Source: Thiobacillus sp. (GTDB lineage Bacteria; Pseudomonadota; Gammaproteobacteria; Burkholderiales; Thiobacillaceae). From it: DNA of 64,000 bases. The DNA lies in assembly GCA_041639395.1 (NCBI GenBank), contig JBEQCG010000005.1, positions 4,854-68,853 on the forward strand. The letters run 5' to 3'. The translations under genes and the position numbers were made by a program. Position 1 is the stretch's first letter, and each line of letters starts with the position of its first letter. Positions 55,544 to 64,000 of the stretch are shown in pieces. The notes beneath the pieces were generated by a model, which was not told the origin of the DNA, did not search any database, and saw only the letters and a program-made list of their open reading frames with translations.

Positions 55544-58240
55544 ATGTCTGCTGTGTCATCTGTCTGTTGTTACTGCGGCACCGGTTGCGGTGTGCTGATC
55601 GAGTCTGACGCCGGGAAAATCACCAGCGTGCGCGGCGATCCCGCGCATCCGGCCAATGCCGGCAAGCTGTGCACCAAAGGCGCAACGCTGCATCTGGCGG
55701 CGCGGGCATCGGGGCGTGCGCTGCGCCCTGAAATGCGCCCGGATCGCAGTGCGCCGCGCCAGCCGGTGAGCTGGGACGCGGCGCTTACCCGCGTGGCCGA
55801 AAAATTCAACGCGATCATCCGTGAGCACGGGCCGGATGCCGTCGCCTTCTACATTTCCGGCCAGCTCACCACCGAGGCGTATTACGTCTTCAACAAGCTC
55901 GCCAAGGGGCTCATCGGCACCAATAACGTCGATACCAATTCGCGGCTCTGCATGTCGTCCGCCGTGGCGGGGTACAAGGCCACGCTGGGCGCGGATTCGC
56001 CGCCGGGCTGCTACGACGACATCGACGCCGCCGGCACCCTCTTCATCGCCGGGTCGAACACGGCGTACGCGCACCCCATCGTGTTCCGCCGCATCGAGGC
56101 AGCGCGCAAGAAGAACCCCGCGCAAAAGCTCATCGTCGTCGACCCGCGCCGCACCGATACTGCCGCCGAGGCCGACCTGCACCTGGCGATCCTGCCCGGC
56201 ACCGACGTGGCGCTGTACCACGCCATGCTGAACGTGCTGCTGTGGGAAGAGCGCATCGACCGCGACTATATCGCCGCGCACACCGAAGGCTGGGACGCGC
56301 TGCGCGACACGGTGCGCGAAATGACGCCGGAAAAAGCCGCTGCCCTCTGCGGCGTGGCGGCGGACGACATCATCACCGCTGCGCGCTGGTTTGCGGCCGG
56401 GCCGACGCTGTCGCTGTATTGCCAGGGGCTCAATCAATCCAGTTGCGGTGTCGACAAGAACGCCGCGCTCATCAACCTGCACCTGGCCACCGGGCAGATC
56501 GGCAGGCCCGGAGCCGCGCCGCTGTCGCTCACCGGCCAGCCCAACGCCATGGGCGGGCGCGAGGTCGGCGGGCTGGCCAACCTGCTGTCCGCGCATCGCG
56601 ATCTGGCCAACCCCGAACACCGGGCCGAAGTCGCGCGTCTGTGGGGCGTGGACAGCGTGCCGGATGCGCCCGGCAAGACGGCGGTGGAACTCTTCGACGC
56701 GCTGGCGAAGGGCGAGGTGAAGGCGGTGTGGATCGCCTGCACCAATCCCGCGCAGTCGCTGCCCAACCAGAACGCCGTGCACGCGGCGCTGGCCAACGCC
56801 GAACTCGTGGTGGTGCAGGAAGCCTACGCCGACACCGAAACCGTGGCGTTTGCCGACGTGCTGCTGCCCGCTGCCACCTGGGGCGAGATGGACGGCACCA
56901 TGACCAACTCGGAACGCTATATCAGCCGCGTGCACGCCGCCGTGCCCGCGCCCGGCGAGGCGCGCCCGGACTGGGCCATCGTCAGCGATTTCGCGCGCCG
57001 GCTGGATCCCGTCGCCGGTCCGCGCCTGTTTCCCTACGCCAGCGCCGAAGCCGTATTCAACGAGCACCGCGAAACCACGCGCGGCCGCGACCTCGACATC
57101 ACCGGGCTCAGCTACGCGCTGCTCGACGAAAAGCCGCGTCAGTGGCCGTTTGTCGAAGGCGCGAGCGAAGGCCAGACCCGGCTGTATGCAGACGGCGTCT
57201 ACCCCACTGCGACCGGCCGCGCGAAGTTCCACCCGGCGGCGTATCGCCCCGTCGCCGAGCCGGTCGACGCGCGCTATCCGCTGCGCCTCAACACCGGCCG
57301 GCTGCGCGACCACTGGCACGCCATGAGCCGCACCGGCAAGGTGGCACGCCTGTTTTCCCACGTCGACGCGCCGGTGCTGAGCCTGTCGCCGCGTGATCTC
57401 GAACTGCGCCGTTTGCAGGCCGGCGACCTGGTGCGCGTGAAAAGCCGGCGCGGTGAAGTCGTCGTCGCGGTCGAAGCCAGCGACAGCATGCGCACCGGCC
57501 AGGCCTTTCTGCCCATGCACTGGGGCGCGCGCTTCATGGGCGGGCTGGGCGTTAACGCGCTCACCCTGCCGGTGTTCGACGCCGTGTCCAAGCAACCCGA
57601 ACTCAAGCACGCCGCCGTGCAAATCGAAAAAGCCGAGCTGCCCTGGCGCATGGTTGCGCTGGCAGCCGGCGACGGTGCATCGCTGCTCGACGCCGTGCAG
57701 CCCTTGCTGCGCGCCTGCGACTACGCGGCGGCGGGGCTGGCCGGGCGCGAGCGTACCGTGCTCACCTTGCGCCTTGCCCACCGCGAAGCGCCGCCGCCCG
57801 AACTGCTGGCCGCGCTTGATGTGGCACTCGGGTTGACCGACCCGCTTGCGGTGATGCAGTACGAAGACCGCCCGCGCGGCATCTCCAAAAAGGTTCGCTT
57901 CGCCGAAGGCCGCGTGGTCGCTGCCCGGCTTGCCGGCGAAACCGCCGCTTTCGACTGGCTGCGCGACCTCGTCGTCGAAGGCGCGGACATGGCCGCCGGT
58001 GAAGCCGCCAGCCTGCGCGCGTGGATGCTCGCCCCGGTGGCGCGTCCGCCTGCCGCCGGCGGCGGACGGGGCCGCATCGTCTGCAACTGCCTCAACGTCG
58101 CCGAGCCCGACATCGTCGCCGCCATCGCCGCCGGCGCTGACCTCGCCGCTCTGCAGAACACGCTCAAATGCGGCACCGAATGCGGCTCCTGTGTGCCCGA
58201 ACTGAAACGGCTGCTTTCAGCCAGACAGGCGGCGGCATGA
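55544..58240 (+). CDS. nasA: Assimilatory nitrate reductase catalytic subunit
   Basis: CCYCGTGCG...LCTKG [4Fe-4S]; NSRLCMSSA, GQPNAMGGRE, LNTGRLRDHWH; C-terminal BFD-like CNC...CGTECGSC. Confidence 0.93.
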   Translation: MSAVSSVCCYCGTGCGVLIESDAGKITSVRGDPAHPANAGKLCTKGATLHLAARASGRALRPEMRPDRSAPRQPVSWDAALTRVAEKFNAIIREHGPDAVAFYISGQLTTEAYYVFNKLAKGLIGTNNVDTNSRLCMSSAVAGYKATLGADSPPGCYDDIDAAGTLFIAGSNTAYAHPIVFRRIEAARKKNPAQKLIVVDPRRTDTAAEADLHLAILPGTDVALYHAMLNVLLWEERIDRDYIAAHTEGWDALRDTVREMTPEKAAALCGVAADDIITAARWFAAGPTLSLYCQGLNQSSCGVDKNAALINLHLATGQIGRPGAAPLSLTGQPNAMGGREVGGLANLLSAHRDLANPEHRAEVARLWGVDSVPDAPGKTAVELFDALAKGEVKAVWIACTNPAQSLPNQNAVHAALANAELVVVQEAYADTETVAFADVLLPAATWGEMDGTMTNSERYISRVHAAVPAPGEARPDWAIVSDFARRLDPVAGPRLFPYASAEAVFNEHRETTRGRDLDITGLSYALLDEKPRQWPFVEGASEGQTRLYADGVYPTATGRAKFHPAAYRPVAEPVDARYPLRLNTGRLRDHWHAMSRTGKVARLFSHVDAPVLSLSPRDLELRRLQAGDLVRVKSRRGEVVVAVEASDSMRTGQAFLPMHWGARFMGGLGVNALTLPVFDAVSKQPELKHAAVQIEKAELPWRMVALAAGDGASLLDAVQPLLRACDYAAAGLAGRERTVLTLRLAHREAPPPELLAALDVALGLTDPLAVMQYEDRPRGISKKVRFAEGRVVAARLAGETAAFDWLRDLVVEGADMAAGEAASLRAWMLAPVARPPAAGGGRGRIVCNCLNVAEPDIVAAIAAGADLAALQNTLKCGTECGSCVPELKRLLSARQAAA

Positions 58241-58279
58241 ACACGCGGGATTCACACAATGCGGCAGGGTGGGCGAGTG

Positions 58280-58340
58280 TTTTTTACAAGGAGGACAGGA
58301 GGACAGGAGAACCCCCCTCTTGTCCTCCTGTCCGCCTTGT
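58280..58340. repeat. Family B long hairpin
   Basis: Arms 58286-58309 and 58317-58340, 22/24 complementary, 7-nt loop. Confidence 0.75.
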
Positions 58341-58394
58341 TCAGGATTTTTATGCACTGCCTGCCGGCAAGCCCGACGGTACGGGGGTGCACGC

Positions 58395-59360
58395 ATGAGC
58401 TACGCCACACTCATCCGCCAGATCGAAACGGGGCAGGGGCTGGACTACGCGCAGGCGCGCGGCTTGGGCGCAGCGCTGTTCGACGGCGGGGTGCCGGAAC
58501 TGGAAACCGCCGCCTTTCTGGTAGCGCTGAATCAGCACGACCCCGGACTCGACGCCTGGCTGGGGCTGCACGCTGCGCTGGCGGAGCGGCTGCCGGTATT
58601 CGTCCCACCCGGTAGCGCTTACCGCACGGTGGTGCTACCGGCGTATCACGGCGTGCGCGCGCACCCGCATCTCACGCCCCTGCTGGCCCTGTTGCTGAAA
58701 AGTTTTGGCATCCCGGTGCTGATCCACGGCGTGCTCGAAGGCGGCGGCGGCACGGCGGCAGCCTACGTGCTGCGGGAACTGGGCGTGTTGCCCTCTACAA
58801 CGGTATCGCAGGTGAACGCCGCGCTGGCTGGAGACGGCATTGCGTTTGCGCCGGTGGCGTTGCTCAACCCCGGACTTGCTGCCCTGCTCGCGCTGCGCGC
58901 GCGATTGGGTATCGACGGCTGGGCGACACGGCTCGCCGCGCTGGCCGAGCTGACGGAGCCGGCGTCGGTGCGGGTGGTGCCGGCGCAGGACGCGCGCAGT
59001 CTGCATGCGCTGCGCGCAGTGCTCGAAGCCCTGGGTGGGGTCGCCCTGTTGCTCGAAGGCTGCGAGGGCGAAGCCTTTGCCGACCCGCTACTACGCCCCG
59101 ACATGGAGCTGATCGTCGACGGTCAATCGCAGCGCGTGTACGAGGCGCAGGCCACGGCGTCGCCGCCAGCCAACCTGCCTGCGGGGGATGCACGCGCCAC
59201 CGGTGCATGGATCGCCCAGGTGCTGCGCGACGCGCTACCGCTGCCGCTGCCGATCCGCAACCAGCTCGCGGTATGTCTTTATGCGGCGGGGTATACGGAG
59301 GACCTCAACCAGGCGCGCGCGATCACCGCCATCAACGGCTTCGGGCGCGTGGCTGCATGA
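58395..59360 (+). CDS. ybiB: YbiB-like protein (anthranilate phosphoribosyltransferase fold)
   Basis: VVLPAYHGVR..P.LTPLLALLL..GIPVLIHG, EGCEGEAFADP. Confidence 0.75.
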   Translation: MSYATLIRQIETGQGLDYAQARGLGAALFDGGVPELETAAFLVALNQHDPGLDAWLGLHAALAERLPVFVPPGSAYRTVVLPAYHGVRAHPHLTPLLALLLKSFGIPVLIHGVLEGGGGTAAAYVLRELGVLPSTTVSQVNAALAGDGIAFAPVALLNPGLAALLALRARLGIDGWATRLAALAELTEPASVRVVPAQDARSLHALRAVLEALGGVALLLEGCEGEAFADPLLRPDMELIVDGQSQRVYEAQATASPPANLPAGDARATGAWIAQVLRDALPLPLPIRNQLAVCLYAAGYTEDLNQARAITAINGFGRVAA

Positions 59361-59487
59361 TGGTGCGCCGTATCCGGGTTTGCACGATTCCGGTGCATGT
59401 TGTGCCGGAGAAATTCGAGCAATATGCGTGAAAGCCCCGACCTATGAGGGTTCCGGGTTCCGGGATTTGATTGGCACAATGTTTGCT
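59361..59487 (+). promoter_or_regulatory. NtrC sites + sigma54 promoter of nirBD
   Basis: TGCACGATTCCGGTGCA (59381-59397, GCAC-N7-GTGC) plus upstream half-site; consensus TGGCAC-AATGT-TTGCT at 59472-59487. Confidence 0.85.
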
Positions 59488-59551
59488 TTGGCTCATGCCT
59501 GTAGGGTGCATTGTGCGTGCTGCAACTCGCGCCCTGTGCGGCTGAAAGACC

Positions 59552-59569
59552 GGATGCAACGGCGTATCC
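59552..59569 (+). promoter_or_regulatory. ANTAR (NasT/NasR)-type leader hairpin
   Basis: GGAUGC-AACGGC-GUAUCC, hexaloop with A1 and G4. Confidence 0.55.
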
Positions 59570-59605
59570 AGGTCATCGCTTGAAACAGTATTTTGGAGTG
59601 GTGAG

Positions 59606-62077
59606 ATGGATATGAGTACGCCTTCAGGGTCGGGCATGAACCCCGGCCCGAAAATGAAACTGGTGATGGTCGGCAACGGCATGGCGGGGGTGCGTACCCT
59701 CGAGGAACTGCTGAAGCATGCGCCGGAGATGTACGACATCACCGTGTTCGGTGCCGAGCCGCACCCCAATTACAACCGCATCCTGCTGTCCCCCGTGCTC
59801 GCGGGTGAGCAGACCGTGGACGACATCATCCTCAATCCGCTCGATTGGTACGCAGAGCACAACATCACCCTGCATAAGGGCAAGAAAGTGGTGAAGATCG
59901 ACCGCACCGCGCGCAAGGTGGTGGCTGACGACGGCACCGAGGCGGGCTACGACCGCCTGCTGCTCGCCACCGGTTCCGATCCTTTCATCCTGCCGGTGCC
60001 CGGCAAGGAGCTGCCCGGCGTGATCGCCTTCCGCGACATTGCGGACGTCGACGCGATGATCAGCGCCGCCAGTACCTACAAACACGCGGTCGTCATCGGC
60101 GGCGGCCTGTTGGGGCTGGAAGCGGCCAACGGCCTGATGAAACGCGGCATGGACGTGAGCGTGGTGCACATCGGCCCGTGGCTGATGGAGCGCCAGCTCG
60201 ACGAGCCCGCCGCGCGTCTGCTGCAAAAATCGTTGGAAGCCAAGGGCATGAAATTCCTGCTGCAAAAACAGACCGCCGAACTGGTGGCGGGCAGCGACGG
60301 CAGGGTTGCCGCGATCAAGTTCAAGGACGGCGACGAAGCGCCGGCCGACCTGGTGGTGATGGCCGTCGGCATCCGCCCCAACAGCGCGCTCGCCGAATCC
60401 GCCGGCATCCATTGCAATCGCGGCATCGTCGTCACCGACACGCTGCAAACCGTGACCGACCCGCGCGTGTATTCCATCGGCGAATGCGCCGCGCATCGCG
60501 GCATTGCCTACGGTCTGGTTGCACCGCTGTTCGAACAGGCCAAGGTTGCCGCCAACCATCTGGCGCATTTCGGCATTGGCCGCTACGAAGGCTCGGTCAC
60601 CTCGACCAAGCTCAAGGTCACCGGCATCGACCTCTTTTCCGCCGGTGATTTCATGGGCGGCGAGGGCACCGAATCCATCCTCTATTCCGACCCCATCGGC
60701 GGCGTCTACAAAAAGCTCGTCATCAAGGACAACAAGCTCGTCGGCGGCGTGATGTACGGCGACACCGTCGATGGCGCGTGGTACTTCTCGTTGCTGCGCG
60801 ACGGCAAGGACGTGACCGAACTGCGTGACCACCTGATGTTCGGCCAGGACCATTGCGGCAACCTCGGCCACCAGGGCATCAACAAGGCCGCCGCCATGAC
60901 CGACGACATGGAGGTGTGCGGCTGTAACGGCGTGTGCAAGGGCGACATCGTCAAGGCGATCCGCGAGAAGGGCCTGTTCACGCTGGAAGACGTGCGCAAG
61001 CACACCAAGGCCTCGTCGTCGTGCGGGTCGTGCACGGGCCTGGTCGAGCAGATTCTGGCGGTGACGGCAGGTGGCGACTATTCCGCCGCCCCCACCAAGA
61101 AATCGATGTGTGGTTGCACCGATCACACCCACGAAGAAGTGCGCGCGGCGATCCGCCAGCACAAATACCTGTCGATCCCCGAGGTGCAGCAGGCGATGGA
61201 ATGGCAGACGCCCAACGGCTGCGCGTCGTGCCGCCCCGCGCTCAACTACTACCTGCTCTCCACCTGGCCGGGCGAAGTGGAAGACGACCCGCAGTCGCGC
61301 TTCATCAACGAACGCGCGCACGCCAACATCCAGAAGGACGGCACCTACTCGGTGATTCCGCGCATGTGGGGCGGCGAGACGACGCCGTCGGAACTCAAGC
61401 GCATCGCCATCGTGGCGGAGAAGTACAACATTCCCACCGTGAAAGTGACCGGCGGCCAGCGCATTGACCTGCTCGGCGTGAAGAAGGAAGACCTGCCCAA
61501 GGTATGGGCCGATCTCGACATGCCTTCGGGCCACGCCTACGGCAAGGCATTGCGCACGGTGAAAACCTGCGTCGGCTCGGAATGGTGCCGCTTCGGCACG
61601 CAGAATTCCACGCAGATGGGCATCGACCTGGAGAAAACCTTCTTCAAGATGTGGGCCCCGCACAAGGTCAAGTTGGCCGTCTCGGGCTGCCCGCGCAACT
61701 GCGCCGAAGTCGCGATCAAGGACGTGGGCGTGATCGGCGTCGATTCCGGCTGGGAAATCTACGTGGGCGGCAACGGCGGCATCAAGACCGAAGTCGCGCA
61801 GTTCCTCGTCAAGGTGAAAACCGCTGACGAAGTGCTCGAATACTCGGGCGCGTTCTTGCAGCTCTACCGCGAGGAAGCGCGCTATCTCGACCGCACCGTG
61901 CACTACCTGGAGCGCGTCGGCCTCGACTACGTGAAGAAGAAAGTTCTCGACGACGAAGCCGGCCGCCGTGCGCTCTACGAGCGTCTCATCTTCGCGCTGT
62001 CGGTGGAGAAAGACCCGTGGGTCGAGCGCGCAAAGGAAGGCAAGCTCAAACACGAATTCGAAACCGTCGTCGCATGA
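59606..62077 (+). CDS. nirB: NAD(P)H nitrite reductase large subunit
   Basis: GNGMAG FAD, GGGLLGLE NAD, BFD Cys clusters, CVGSEWC and GCPRNC siroheme/FeS. Confidence 0.97.
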   Translation: MDMSTPSGSGMNPGPKMKLVMVGNGMAGVRTLEELLKHAPEMYDITVFGAEPHPNYNRILLSPVLAGEQTVDDIILNPLDWYAEHNITLHKGKKVVKIDRTARKVVADDGTEAGYDRLLLATGSDPFILPVPGKELPGVIAFRDIADVDAMISAASTYKHAVVIGGGLLGLEAANGLMKRGMDVSVVHIGPWLMERQLDEPAARLLQKSLEAKGMKFLLQKQTAELVAGSDGRVAAIKFKDGDEAPADLVVMAVGIRPNSALAESAGIHCNRGIVVTDTLQTVTDPRVYSIGECAAHRGIAYGLVAPLFEQAKVAANHLAHFGIGRYEGSVTSTKLKVTGIDLFSAGDFMGGEGTESILYSDPIGGVYKKLVIKDNKLVGGVMYGDTVDGAWYFSLLRDGKDVTELRDHLMFGQDHCGNLGHQGINKAAAMTDDMEVCGCNGVCKGDIVKAIREKGLFTLEDVRKHTKASSSCGSCTGLVEQILAVTAGGDYSAAPTKKSMCGCTDHTHEEVRAAIRQHKYLSIPEVQQAMEWQTPNGCASCRPALNYYLLSTWPGEVEDDPQSRFINERAHANIQKDGTYSVIPRMWGGETTPSELKRIAIVAEKYNIPTVKVTGGQRIDLLGVKKEDLPKVWADLDMPSGHAYGKALRTVKTCVGSEWCRFGTQNSTQMGIDLEKTFFKMWAPHKVKLAVSGCPRNCAEVAIKDVGVIGVDSGWEIYVGGNGGIKTEVAQFLVKVKTADEVLEYSGAFLQLYREEARYLDRTVHYLERVGLDYVKKKVLDDEAGRRALYERLIFALSVEKDPWVERAKEGKLKHEFETVVA

Positions 62078-62088
62078 AGGAAAACACC

Positions 62089-62421
62089 ATGAACCACTGG
62101 CTCGACATCCTGGATGTGACCGACATCCCCAAACTCGGCGCACGCGTGGTGCGCCACGGCAGCCTCGACATTGCCGTGTTCCGCAACGCCGAAGACGAGA
62201 TCTTCGCCCTGGAAGACCGCTGTCCGCATAAAGGCGGGCCGCTGTCGCAAGGCATCGTCCACGGCAAGAAGGTTACCTGCCCGCTGCACAGCTGGAACAT
62301 CGAGCTCGATTCCGGTTGTGCCGTGGCCCCCGACGTTGGCTGCGCGCGCGAGTTTCCGATCAAGATCGAAGCCGGCCGGGTGTTTCTCGACCTGGCCGCG
62401 GTGGAGCAGGCCGCCGCCTGA
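62089..62421 (+). CDS. nirD: Nitrite reductase small subunit (Rieske)
   Basis: CPHKGGPLSQG, CPLHSW; AAGGA RBS. Confidence 0.93.
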   Translation: MNHWLDILDVTDIPKLGARVVRHGSLDIAVFRNAEDEIFALEDRCPHKGGPLSQGIVHGKKVTCPLHSWNIELDSGCAVAPDVGCAREFPIKIEAGRVFLDLAAVEQAAA

Positions 62422-62562
62422 CCCCTGGAGTCGGTCGGGCAGAGCAGGCGCGCCTGTGTCTGTCCGGCCTGTTCGTTTAGTCCGGACATACGCAGGTAGT
62501 GCCGCAGGCGCACTCGCGCAAAAAAATACGGATGCTTGTCGTCCATCGGTTGGAGCTACACC

Positions 62563-63774
62563 TTGAATTCAAGTTTCTGGAAATCCGGGCATACGCCCAC
62601 GCTGCTGTCTGCGTTTCTGTATTTCGACATCGCCTTCATGGTGTGGGTCATGCTGGGCCCCCTCGGCGTGCAGATCGCCACCAGTCTCGAACTCACCCCC
62701 GCACAAAAAGGCCTCATGGTCGCTACACCCGTGCTCGCCGGCGCGGTGCTGCGCATCGTCATGGGCGTGCTGGTCGATCACCTCAAACCCAAGAAGGCCG
62801 GAATCATCGGGCAGGTGATCGTGATGGCGGGGCTGGCGTGGGCGTGGCTTGCCGGCATCGATTCCTACCGCGAAATCCTCGTCATGGGCTTAATGCTGGG
62901 CTTCGCCGGCGCGTCGTTCGCAGTCGCCCTGCCGCTTGCCTCGCGCTGGTATCCGCCGCAGCATCAGGGCACGGCGCTCGGCATCGCCGGCGCGGGCAAC
63001 TCCGGCACGGTATTCGCCGCGCTGTTCGCCCCCGGTCTGGCGGTGGCGTTTGGCTGGGAAAACGTTTTCGGCATTGCACTCATCCCGGTCGGCATCGCCT
63101 TCCTCGTGTATCTGCTGCTGGCGAAAGACGCGCCCGACTGTCCGCAACCCAAATCGCTCGCGCAATACCTGGGCGTGCTCAAAGACCGCGATGCGTGGTG
63201 GTTCATGTTCTTCTACTTCGTCACCTTCGGCGGCTTTGTCGGGCTGGCCTCCAGCCTCACCATCTACTTCAACGACCAGTACGGGCTCACTCCCGTGCAC
63301 GCCGGCTACTTCACCGCCGCGTGCGTGTTTGCCGGTTCCCTGGTGCGCCCCTTCGGCGGGCTGGTCGCCGACCGCATCGGGGGCATCCGCACCCTGCTCG
63401 GGGTGTACCTCGCCGCAGCGATCCTGCTTGCCATCGTGAGTTTCGGCACCGACAGTAGCGTGCTCGCGCTCGCCGGCTTCATGGCGACCATGGCCACGCT
63501 GGGCTTTGGCAACGGCGCGGTGTTCCAGCTCGTGCCGCAGCGTTTCCGCAAGGAAATCGGTGTGATGACGGGCCTGGTCGGCATGGCCGGCGGCGTCGGC
63601 GGGTTTTACCTTGCCGCGAGCCTGGGCTACGTGAAAGGCCTCACCGGCAGCTATCAACTGGGCCTCTTGATTTTTGCCGGCCTGGCTATCGTCGCGCTGC
63701 TGGGCTTGAACCTGGTGAAGAAACGCTGGCGCACCACCTGGGGGGCAGCGGCGATTGCCGGTGCCAAGGTGTGA
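62563..63774 (+). CDS. NarK/NasA-family nitrate/nitrite MFS transporter
   Basis: TTG start after GGAG; GFAGASFAVALP, AGAGNSG, GFGNGAVFQLVP nitrate signature. Confidence 0.92.
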   Translation: MNSSFWKSGHTPTLLSAFLYFDIAFMVWVMLGPLGVQIATSLELTPAQKGLMVATPVLAGAVLRIVMGVLVDHLKPKKAGIIGQVIVMAGLAWAWLAGIDSYREILVMGLMLGFAGASFAVALPLASRWYPPQHQGTALGIAGAGNSGTVFAALFAPGLAVAFGWENVFGIALIPVGIAFLVYLLLAKDAPDCPQPKSLAQYLGVLKDRDAWWFMFFYFVTFGGFVGLASSLTIYFNDQYGLTPVHAGYFTAACVFAGSLVRPFGGLVADRIGGIRTLLGVYLAAAILLAIVSFGTDSSVLALAGFMATMATLGFGNGAVFQLVPQRFRKEIGVMTGLVGMAGGVGGFYLAASLGYVKGLTGSYQLGLLIFAGLAIVALLGLNLVKKRWRTTWGAAAIAGAKV

Positions 63775-63853
63775 TTGGCATTGGGAGGGGGGCGGCAGTG
63801 TGCAGTGGTTGCCGCTTCATCGGCATGGCAAATTCGGCCTCCCCTTTGCGGGG

Positions 63854-63912
63854 AACACGTTGCCGACGTCTTGGTGGATTTGAACCGTGTCGGCAAAGTG
63901 TTGCCGACCTAC
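63854..63912. repeat. Family A REP-like doublet
   Basis: AACACGTTGCCGAC (63854-63867) inverted against GTCGGCAAAGTGTT; ends TTGCCGACCTAC. Confidence 0.65.
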
Positions 63913-63930
63913 CCTGACTGACCTGCACCC

Positions 63931-64000
63931 ATGCCCCTTTCCACCACCTACGGCTCCGCCACCGCTACCGGCCCGCGCCCGCGCAACGAAGATCGCAGCG
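63931..64000 (+). CDS. PP2C-type phosphatase or kinase/phosphatase N-terminus (partial)
   Basis: MPLSTTYGSATATGPRPRNEDRS contains the G.R..NED PP2C motif; such genes are common in nas clusters. Confidence 0.6.
   Translation, partial: MPLSTTYGSATATGPRPRNEDRS

Noticed and set aside
15360-63912. Short repeats as a CRISPR array
   Set aside because: Copies are dispersed, not regularly spaced with unique spacers; no cas genes

Overview
High-GC betaproteobacterial chromosome segment; the gene set (DsrC-like, CbbY, SQR, rhodaneses) suggests a Thiobacillus-like sulfur-oxidising autotroph, which is inference. Left (1-13.4 kb) is core housekeeping: folE2-dxs-ispA-xseB, a Rieske oxygenase, ybbPA/tesA, phoX, tRNA-Pro/Arg/His, folD, cbbY. 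Middle-left has a LysR/DsrC-like pair, an HPP protein and a GH15 glucoamylase. An accessory block at 19.0-38.4 kb holds degQ, several small envelope proteins (including an unlisted 47-aa CcoQ-like ORF), two divergent YfdX-like paralogues, a sigma54 two-component system, cyoABCD, a ClC channel, DUF1345, an archaeal-type-V-like SQR, an EmrAB-type pump and an HtrA homologue lacking all three catalytic residues. Three sigma54 promoters in this block share a CGGGGG-W4-CCCCCG palindrome and IHF-like sites at similar spacing, which suggests a self-contained regulon; this is the best candidate for an undescribed system. Right part: ZIP/GNAT/oxyR, cls, modE-modABC, queD, TlyC, OmpA, ArsR-rhodanese/MFS, metE/metR and an assimilatory nitrate cluster (nasA, ybiB-like, nirBD, NarK-type transporter) with sigma54/NtrC signals. 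Intergenic DNA carries several repeat families and a 236-bp MITE-like element at the metR stop codon. All calls are from manual reading; no database searches were run.
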